Assembly: GCF_964355755.1 (NCBI RefSeq)
Contig: NC_092677.1
Coordinates: 13,538,101 to 13,602,100, forward strand
Direction of reading: 5' to 3'
Source: Antedon mediterranea
Lineage: Eukaryota; Animalia; Echinodermata
DNA length: 64,000 bases
Shown one piece after another: positions 54,393 through 64,000 of the stretch. Numbering within the stretch: position 1 is the stretch's first letter; each line of letters opens with the position of its first letter. The position numbers and the translations under genes were made by a program. The notes under the pieces were generated by a model. The model was not told where the DNA came from and made no database searches. It worked only from the letters and a program-made list of their open reading frames with translations.

Positions 54393-57300
54393 TTTTCCCG
54401 ATGCTTATTCTGTTTCAGGTAAACAGATTGCGCCATTGTAGTGTGTTTATAAATGTATTATAATATATTATTATAAAGCCAGAGGTAGCCATCAACAAAT
54501 CCATAAACTAAGTTACTCATCTGTAGGACGTTGAAAAATCACTTTGCCGCAGTATAGTTATTCTACGGTTCTTAAAATAAAAGTTTTATATACTGGATAA
54601 TAGAGCGATATATACTATGTGAAATATGACAGATTTCAGCGATAAATCATTGTCATCGACAACGCAAAAAAGCTAAACGTTAAATTATCCAACCTACTAA
54701 AGTTTCACGCTATGACTATGTTTCTCATTAACTCTCCAATATCTATTTTTGTACTTAAGATATACAAATTATTGTTATTATATAATAATTATTCAAATGT
54801 CACTTTACGAATGAAATGATTGATTGTTTGACCAATCGAATGCATGTATTTCAACGACAGCTAGCGTTAGTTCAACAGAATGTGTAATCATAAAAATGAT
54901 ATTTTGTCATCTTAATGTCAAAATGAATTTTCTATATTCTAAATCATTTCATGTTTATTGACTATTACGATACGTCATAAACAAACTGCATTAACGTTTA
55001 CTAAGAAACTTATAGTTTGATTAATAGTTACATTGTGCCTACAGCTAACTATTACATCTTTCGAATGATACTAGGGGTATATAATGACAACAATTATTTT
55101 AATGGTTCCATGATTGATATCCCTCACTGAATTTGATTTTATGTTTCATATATATGTATGGAGATTCATTTGAAGATACATTAACAAATATAAGCTAACA
55201 TTTCCAAATTAGAAAGGCGATGTTTGCAGGATGTTATAGTCATTTTTAAAATGAATCCAGGGTTTGTCACCTCCGGCCCACTAGGTAAACTTTCTACAAG
55301 GGGTACATCTATTATTGTAACTTTAAATGAATTCATCCAGTAGCCGCATCCTCTAAGTAATCTCCCCTGTGTTGTTCGAGAAGCTATTAGCAAGGTAACC
55401 CCTCATTTGAGAGTACTACAGTATGTTTATACTAGGTGTGCCTCCTACTGATGTGGGGTACCAATGCATTGGACCCTTTCAACTACTTCTGCAGATAACA
55501 ATGTATTAGCACTTCATTCCAAAGTATTCCCCAATTACAAATGCTCTTTTCAATAGTATAGTTATTTTGTAACCCCTATTTTCCTACATATAAAACCTAA
55601 CATTTTATGTGTAGATAAATTAATTAAGCATGCTATTTTAACCCACTGCAGCTCACGTATTCTTACATTGGAATCAAAAATTGAATTTAAGACTGAAAGA
55701 AGTATTCAGTATACACCACAGCCTGCATTAATCTTATTTTGCGAGGTTTTCAAAACATAACAAGCTTTACTAATTTACTTCACTCGTTCATGATGTATCA
55801 TTAGGTAAACTATATTTCCTTTGTGAATGCAGTTGCGTCAATGTTGATCAGGCAGGGCTGGTTCCTGAAAGCATGGAGAAATACATTTAGTTCTTAATCT
55901 CCTTGCTAAAAAGCCTGGTTAGAATCCCTCGGTAAACTTTGTTTCTACTCTAGGAAATAACGCTATGGTTGAACCAATCACAAGTTACAGATCATCGGAA
56001 CAACTTGTGATTGGTCAAATTACTTGCGTGGCACGTATACCATTTGCATTGAGCCTAGTACTAGTAGTAGTAACTAAGCTTTGGTTATAGGCGCTCTCCC
56101 CATTACAATATCAAAATGTATTTTTGTCCACAAATATCGTTATTACAATTTCGATTTCTAGTTTTATCTTTATTTTTAAATGTTTTAATAATTTTATCTA
56201 CTGTGTGTTGCAAAGTTTACTGTGTAATAGTTCTTTTTTATTATCCATCATATTGCTACATTGTACAGTTTATGCTCAAACAAAATGTATAGAGTATTTG
56301 TAAAGAAAATAGATACATTTAAATAATATAGTTTAAGTAACGAGGTATACGTAGTTGAATGGAATGGACCATACCATTAAGCTAAATAGGTGATGGAAAT
56401 GTTATGAGTTTGTGTCATGTCATGCGAAAAATAGTTATGATCTCGTACATATTAGTACCAGATTTTATGTATTTGATTAAAATAAAGACAATTTATTTAA
56501 AAAGTTTTTAATTTTGTTTTCTTTAATTCATTTATTTTAAATATTCAGTATGTTAAACAAATTTCTGAAAAGAGCAAAATTTCGACCATTTTGTTTTTCT
56601 ACATAACTGGTTATTATCATCATTTACATGCACAGAATCATATGTTCTGCGCATGTAAATTATGTACAGGAAAATTTTCGAAAATTGGCCATTATTCGAC
56701 CCTTTTATTTTTTGACATAATTTTCGATATAACTGGTTACTATATCATAATTAACATGCCCAGAGTCGAATAATTTGTTCTGCGCATGTCAATTATGCTA
56801 TAGTAACCTGTTATATCGAAAAATTGTAAAGGTCGAAATTTGGTCATTTTTTTAAGAAAAAAAATCATAATTACATGCGCAGAGTCGAATAATTTGTTCT
56901 GCGCATCTTAATTATGCTATAGTAACCAGTTATATCGAAAAATAGTAAGGTAAAAATTTGGTCATTTTTGGAAAAAATCCCTGTACTATAGTACAGGAAA
57001 ATTTTCGAAAATGGCCAATTTTTTACCCTTTTATATTTTGACATAACTGGTTACTATATCATAATTAACATGCGCAGAGTCGAATAATTTGTTCTGGGCA
57101 TGTCAATTATGCTATAGTAACCAGTTATATCGAAAAATAGTAAGGTCAAAATTTGATCATTTTTTGGAAAACATCCCTGTACTATTTTGGAAAATATCCC
57201 TGTACAGGAAATTTTCGAAAATTGGCCATTTTTCGACCCTTTTATTGGTGGACATAAGTGGTTACTATAGCATAATTAACATGCGCAGAGTCGAATAATT

Positions 57301-59660
57301 TGTTCTGCGCATGTAAATCATGCTATAGTAACCAGTTGTACCGAAAAATAGTAAAGGTCGAAATTTTTGTCATTTTTTGAAGAAAAAAAATTCATAATTA
57401 CATGCGCAGAGTCGAATAATTTGTTCTGCGCATGTCAATTATGCTATAGTAACCAGTTATATCGAAAAATAGTAAGGTCAAAATTTGGTCATTTTTGGAA
57501 AAAATCCCTGTACTATAGTACAGGGAAATTTTCGAAAATTTGCCATTTTTCGACTCTTTTATTGGTTGACATAACTGGTTACTATATCATAATTAACATG
57601 CGCAGAGTCGAATAATTTGTTCTGCGCATGTCAATTATGCTATAGTAACCTGTTATATCGAAAAATAGTAAGGTCAAAACTTGGTCATTTATGGAAAATA
57701 TCCCTGTACTATAGTACAGGGAAATTTTCGAAAATTGGCCATTTTTCGACCCTTTTATTGGTTGACATAACTGGTTACTATAGCATAGTTAACATGCGCA
57801 GAGTCGAATAATTAGTTCTGCGCATGTCAATTATGCTATAGTAACCAGTTATATCAAAAAATAGTAAGGTCAAAATTTGGTCATTTTTGGAAAATATCCC
57901 TGTACTATAGTACAGGAATTTTTCGAAAATTGGCCATTATTCGACCCTTTTATTTTTTGACATAATTTTCGATATAACTGGTTACTATATCATAATAATT
58001 TGTTCTGCGCATGTCAATTATGCTATAGTAACCTGTTATATCGAAAAATTGTAAAGGTCGAAATTTGGTCATTTTTTGACGAAAAAAAATCATAATTACA
58101 TGCGCAGAGTCGAATAATTTGTTCTGCGCATCTTAATTATGCTATAGTAACCAGTTATATCGAAAAATAGTAAGGTCGAAATTTGGTCATTTTTGGAAAA
58201 AATCCCTGTACTATAGTACAGGAAAATGTTCGAAAATGGCCAATTTTTTACCCTTTTATATTTTGACATAACTGGTTACTATATCATAATTAACATGCGC
58301 AGAGTCGAATAATTTGTTCTGGGCATGTCAATTAAGCTATAGTAACCAGTTATATCGATAAATAGTAAGGTCAAAATTTGGTCATTTTTGGAAAATATAC
58401 CTGTACTATAGTACAGGGAAATTTTCGAAAATTGGCAATTTTTCGACTCTTTTATTGGTTGACATAACTGGTTACTATAGCATAATTAACATGCGCAAGA
58501 GTCGAATAATTTGTTCTGCGCATGTAAATTATGCTATAGTAATCAGTTATATCGAAAAAAAGTAAGGTCAAAATTGGGTCATTTTTGGAAAATATCCCTG
58601 TACAGGAAATTTTCGAAAATTGGCCATTTTTCGACCCTTTTATTGGTTGACATAAGTGGTTACTATAGCATAATTAACATGCGCAGAGTCGAATAATTTG
58701 TTCTGCGCATGTAAATTATGCTATAGTAACCAGTTGTATCGAAAAATAGTAAAGGTCGAAATTTTGTCATTTTTTGAAGAAAAAAGATTCATAATTACAT
58801 GCGCAGAGTCGAATAATTTGTTCTGCGCATCTTAATTATGCTATAGTAACCAGTTATATTGAAAAATAGTAAGGTCAAAATTTGGTCATTCTTGGAAAAA
58901 ATCCCTGTACTATAGTACAGGGAAATTTTCGAAAATTGGCCATTTTTCGACTCTTTTTATTAGTTGACATAAGTGGTTACTATAGCATAATTAACATGCG
59001 CAGAGTCGAATAATTTGTTCTGCACATGTCAATTATGCTATAGTAACCAGTTATATCGAAAAATAGTAAGATCAAAATTTGGTCATTTTTTGAAGAAAAA
59101 AAGATTCATAATTACATGCGCCGAGTCGAATAATTTGTTCTGCGCATCTTAATTATTCTATAGTAACCAGTTATATCGAAAATAGTAAGGTCGAAATTTG
59201 GTCTTTTTGGAAAAAATCCCTGTACTATATATGTACAGGGAAATTTTCGAAAATTTGCCATTTTCGACTCTTTTATTGGTTGACATAACTGGTTACTATA
59301 TCAGAATTAACATGCGCAGAGTCGAATAATTTGTTCTGCGCATGTCAATTATGCTATAGTAACCAGTTATATCGAAAAATAGTAAGGTCAAAATTTGGTC
59401 ATTTTTGGAAAATATCTCTGTACAGGAAATTTTCGAAAATTTGCCATTTTTAGACACTTTTATTGGTTGACATAAGTGGTTACTATAGCATAATTAACAT
59501 GCGCAGAGTCGAATAATTTGTTCTGCGCATGTCAATTATGCTATAGTAACCAGTTATATCGAAAAATTGTAAAGGTCGAAATTTGGTCATTTTTTGAAGA
59601 AAAAAAGATTCATAATTACATGCGCCGAGTCGAATAATTTGTTCTGCGCATCTTAATTAT

Positions 59661-61375
59661 TACGGTGGCCCACAACTGTCACGCACACTATATAAATCAT
59701 ATTCACACAATTAAAGAAGGAATCACACAATTAAAGAAGAAATCACACAATTAAAGAAGGAATCGCATATAAACAAAAGAAAGCATGAAAATATAAAACG
59801 AAATGCACAAATAAAGAAGAAACGCGCAATTAAAGAAGAGCTAAGCACAATTAAAGAAGTCCGCAACAAATTCGAAAGCTCCTCGCACAATTAAAGAAGT
59901 TCGCAACAAAATCAAAAGCTCCTCGCACAATTAAAGAAGTCCGCAACAAATTCGAATGTTCCTCGCACAATTAAAGTACAGTAGTCCGTATGGAACGCCA
60001 TCGCTGCCTCCGGCAGCAAGCTTTAATTCTATTACGTTCGGCTCTTTTACCATTCGGCGCTATTCGGCCCATTTACCATTACGTTCGGCTCTTTCAGCAT
60101 TCGGCGCATTTCTATTTGGCCCATTTACCATTACGTTCGGCTCTTTCAGCATTCGGCTCTTTTTTATTCGGCCCATTTAACATTGCGTTCGGCTCTTTTT
60201 GATTCGGCCCTTTTATATTCGGCTCTTTCTGCATTACGTTGGGCTCTTTTTAAATCGGCATTTTTTTATATGGCGCAATTAAAATCTAACCTTTGACATG
60301 GGGTCAAATGGAAGAAAATCAACGACTGGAAATGATTCTATGAAAAGTTTACAAACATTTCATCATCATGGCGCCAACCATGAGTAGCCAACCGATTAAA
60401 GATGTGTTGAATAACCTAAAATTAATTCATCTTTTAACAAATTTTGAGCGAGAAAGGGTAAATTATTATTATTAAATGTTAGGCTGACACTAGGCTAGGC
60501 CTAGCTAGCCTATGCCATAAATCAACCTTTTCTCTCTCAAAATGGTCAATAAGGTGGGACAATTGCAACTTCTCTAACACATTAATCATGTCAATAACAT
60601 GATTAGTCATATTGAAATAGCCTTCAAATTCATTTAATTCAACCAACCAAACACTCTACATGCTGCATCTATTTGTTTTGTAAACTTTTCATAGACTCAT
60701 TTCCAGCCGTTGATTTTCTTCCATTTGACCGCATGTAAAAGGTTAGAATTTAATTGCGCCGTATAAAAAAGGGCCAAATCAATAAGAGCCGAACGTAATG
60801 CAGAAAGAGCCGAATAAAAAAGGGCCAAATCAATACAGAAAGAGCCGAACGTAATGGTAAATGGGCCAAATAGAAATGCGCCGAATGCTGAAAGAGCCGA
60901 ACGTAATGGTAAATAGGCCAAATAGAAATGCGCCGAATGCTGAAAGAGCCGAACGTAATGGTAAATGGGCCGAATAGAAATGCGCCGAATGCTAAAAGAG
61001 CCGAACGTAATAGTAAAAGAGCCGAATAGAATTAAGTTTGCTGCCGGAGGCAGCGATGGCGTTCCATACGGACTACTGTACTTTAATTTGTTGCGGACTT
61101 CTTTAATTGTGCGAGTAGCTTTCGAATTTGTTGCGGACTTCTTTAATTGTGCGAGGAGCTTTCGAATTTGTTGCGGACTTCTTTAATTGTGCTTAGCTCT
61201 TCTTTATTTGTGCATTTCGTTTTATATTTTCATGCTTTCTTTTGTTTATATGCGATTTCTTCTTTAATTGTGCGATTTCTTCTTTAATTGTGTGATTCCT
61301 TCTTTAATTGTGTAATTCCTTCTTTAATTGTGTGATTCTGTGTTATAGTGTGCGTGACAGTTGTGGGCCACCGTA
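59661..61375. mobile_element. Non-autonomous long-TIR DNA transposon, IS3EU-like, inserted in the satellite
   Basis: Termini TACGGTGGCCCACAACTGTCACGCACACTA / TAGTGTGCGTGACAGTTGTGGGCCACCGTA; ~690-bp TIRs with internal subrepeats; 6-bp TSD AATTAT, confirmed against the empty monomer CATCTTAATTATTCTATAG at ~59145. Confidence 0.85.
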
Positions 61376-62369
61376 AATTATTCTATAGTAACCAGTTATA
61401 TCGAAAAATAGTTAGGTCGAAATTTGGTCTTTTTGGAAAAAATCCCTGTACTATATATAATAGTACAGGGAAGTTTTCGAAAATTGGCAATTTTTCAACC
61501 CTTTTATTGGTTGACATAACTGGTTACTATAGCATAATTAACATGCGCAGAGTCGAATAATTTGTAAATTATGCTATAGTAACCAGTTGTATCGAAAAAT
61601 AGTAAAGGTCGAAATTTTGTCTTTTTTTGAAGAAAAAAGATTCATAATTACATGCGCAGAGTCGAATAATTTGTTCTTCGCATCTTAATTATGCTATAGT
61701 AACCAGTTATATTGAAAAATAGTAAGGTCAAAATTTGCCATTTTTCGACTCTTTTTATTGGTTGACATAACTGGATACTATATCATAATTAACATGCGCA
61801 GAGTCGAATAATTTGTTCTGCGCATGTAAATTATGCTATAGTAACCAGTTGTATCGAAAAATAGTAAGGTCAAAATTTGGTCATTTTTGGAAAATATCCC
61901 TGTACTATAGTACAGGAAATTTTCGAAAATTTGCAATTTTTCGACCCTTTTATTGGTTGACATAACTGGTTACTATAGCATAATTAACATGCGCAGAGTC
62001 GAATAATTTGTTCTGCGCATGTAAATTATACTATAGTAACCAGTTATATCGAAAAATTGTAAAGGTCGAAATTTGGTCATTTTTTGAAGAAAAAAATATT
62101 CATAATTACATGCGCAGAGTCGAATAATTTGTTCTGCGCACCTTAATTATGCTATAGTAACCAGTTATATCGAAAAATAGTAAGGTCGAAATTGGGTCAT
62201 TTTTGGAAAAAATCCATGTACAGGGAAATTTTCCAAAAATGACCAATTTTCTACCCTTTTATTTTTTGACATAACTGGTTACCATATCATAATTATCATG
62301 CGCAGAGTCAAATAATTTGTTCTGCGCATGTCAAAAACATTATCCGTCCGGCGGGGGATAGTTTATTAC

Positions 62370-62460
62370 CATTAGTTAAGGTCCTATGTAAAGCACCTAG
62401 AGGGGTCAGTGATCCATTAGGCGCTATATAAATACTGTTTATTATTATTATTATTTATTT
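62370..62460 (+). mobile_element. L2-type LINE/SINE 3' tail inside the satellite end
   Basis: TGTAAAGCAC...GCGCTATATAAAT...(TAT)n; similar tails at ~24405-24465 and 47385-47425. Confidence 0.6.
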
Positions 62461-62699
62461 ATAGTAACCAAGTATAGCGAAAAATAGTAAGGTCGAAATT
62501 TGGTCATTTTTCGAAAAAATCCATATACAGGGAAATTTTCGAAAATTGGCAATTTTTCGACCCCTTTATTTGTTGACATAACTGGTTACTATAGCATAAT
62601 TAACATGCGCAAAGTCAATTAATTTGAAAAATGAAAGGTTACCACAAAGTAGCAGAACTAGCAGTGGCAGTAGCAGTAGCACACATCAAATACAAGGGA

Positions 62700-63040
62700 T
62701 TTGGGAGAAGTTCTTATTGAAATGAGGAAACCTAAGCTTGAGATTAAGAAATTTGAAGGCGATTGTTCGCAATTTAATCAATTTATGAGACGATTCAAAT
62801 TAAAGATTGATAGAAACCCAAGTCAGAATGTCAAAGATTCTGAAAGAGAAGACAATCTGTGCTGCACAGGTTGACAACGATTGGATAATGTACAATTTCG
62901 ACTTCGAAAGGGATGAAAAGAGTAATGGCTTGGGTTATGATAGCAAAACAGAAAATTTCTGTGGAGGATTCGAAGGACAACAAGTTGCGATTCAAATGGA
63001 TGCCATAAGTACGGAAGTTATGAATCTGGTGAACTGACAG
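62700..63040 (+). mobile_element. Decayed BEL/Pao LTR retrotransposon fragment
   Basis: Translation from 62722 MRKPKLEIKKFEGDCSQFNQFMRRF resembles the PKLEI.KF.GD...F..F motif of BEL/Pao gag (DUF1759). Confidence 0.5.
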
Positions 63041-63057
63041 TGGGGACGCAGAGGACG

Positions 63058-64000
63058 TGATTTCTTTCTTTCTTTATTCGTAATTTTGGCCTTCGGCCCA
63101 TATTACATAACAAAATGAATCAATATTTAGGCGGTCATTAAACATTAAAATAAAATTATTTCTCTTGATTTGGACATTCCTTAAGTTAAAACTTTGTTCA
63201 ATGTATATAGCAAACAGTCTTAATTCTCTTTTATTTCTAAATACATAATTCAAATAGGTATATATATTTTGATTTTTTATCTTAATGTATTTCTGTCTCT
63301 TTTTATTCTATTCTTTATATCAAACCAACAGTGTAAAACACCAATAACAGGTTGAAAATAAAAACTAAACTATAAAATATGAGCCAATATAAATATATAC
63401 AAATGAAAAAGAAAATTTAAATAATTTCATTACTAATACATTTAAATTGAGAAAAATTACAGTTAAAAATATCTAAAGAATTATTTTTTAAAAGACATGA
63501 ATTGTACAATGACGAGAGTCTACAGAAAATACCATTTTTACAAACATTGACACGAGAAAATTTAACATGAAGAAAGGGTTTACTACGAAGATTACGAACA
63601 GGAACATTAAAATAAAACAACGAAACAAGATCACAATCAAACTTAGAAGTAAGACATTTATACAGGAAGTGCAAGTCCTGTCTTGCTCTCCTAGATGTCG
63701 GGGAAACAATAGGAGGCAGGTTGGCTGCTGGGCCGACAAAGCGCAAGAACTTGTTATGGGTCCGATCAATTCTGGAGGCTTGAGAAGCAGAGAGTGAATT
63801 GTAAATAATTGAACAGAAATTAAAAGATGGTTGGACGAGGGAAAGATAAAGCGCACGTTTGGTGTATGGAGAAAAATGTTTGCAATTGCGCCACATCAGC
63901 CCAAGCAGCCTATTGGCCTTTCTGACAACATGATCAACGTGTGAAATAAATGTCAGTTTACGGTCGATGAAAATGCCGAGGTCCCGGTAAGAGTTTACAC
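63058..64000 (-). mobile_element. 3' part of a CR1-like LINE ORF2 plus 3' UTR, running off the window
   Basis: RDLGIFIDRKLTFISHVDHVVRKANRLLGL-MWRNCK...KRALYLSLVQP...DLHFLYKCL...FNVPVRNLR; tail GGCCGAAGGCC...AATAAA(GAAA)n. Confidence 0.88.

Larger units (their letters stand above)
56600..62625. repeat. Palindromic satellite array: ~196-bp long and ~120-bp short monomers in higher-order arrangement
   Basis: Marker CATGCGCAGAGTCGAATAATTTGTTCTGCGCATG recurs ~25 times at ~187-211 or ~110-121 bp spacing. Confidence 0.95.

Noticed and set aside
57089-61963. Repeated ORFs MFCACQLCYSNQLYRK... in the satellite
   Set aside because: Non-ATG (TTG) starts, frames broken between monomers, no domain signature

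Overview
AT-rich, intron-rich eukaryotic DNA from an invertebrate animal; the organism cannot be fixed from the sequence, and no prokaryotic operon or CRISPR array is present. Two genes lie head-to-head. NME5 (NDP kinase 5 / radial spoke RSPH23) is on the minus strand: 4 coding exons at 235-2582, with the last exon off the window start. A complete PPP1R16A/B (MYPT3/TIMAP-family) ankyrin-repeat PP1 regulatory subunit is on the plus strand: CDS 7329-50761, 10 coding exons, about 679 aa, ending in CCIIL, plus a candidate 24-nt microexon. The introns are filled with MITEs (MULE, Harbinger, Kolobok, pogo-like), a Helitron, a tRNA-SINE, LINE fragments and minisatellites. The right end holds a ~6 kb satellite built from palindromic MITE-like monomers, interrupted by a 1.7 kb IS3EU-like foldback element, then BEL/Pao and LINE debris. 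The most unusual signals are: (i) strong enrichment of TACAGTA/TACTGTA, the canonical Tc1/mariner excision footprint; (ii) concatenated TA-GGCC-TA / TA-GC-TA tracts just downstream of apparent first exons; (iii) the doubly palindromic satellite; (iv) three in-frame tandem splice donors and a phosphosite-adding microexon in PPP1R16. All were read by eye; no database searches were run.
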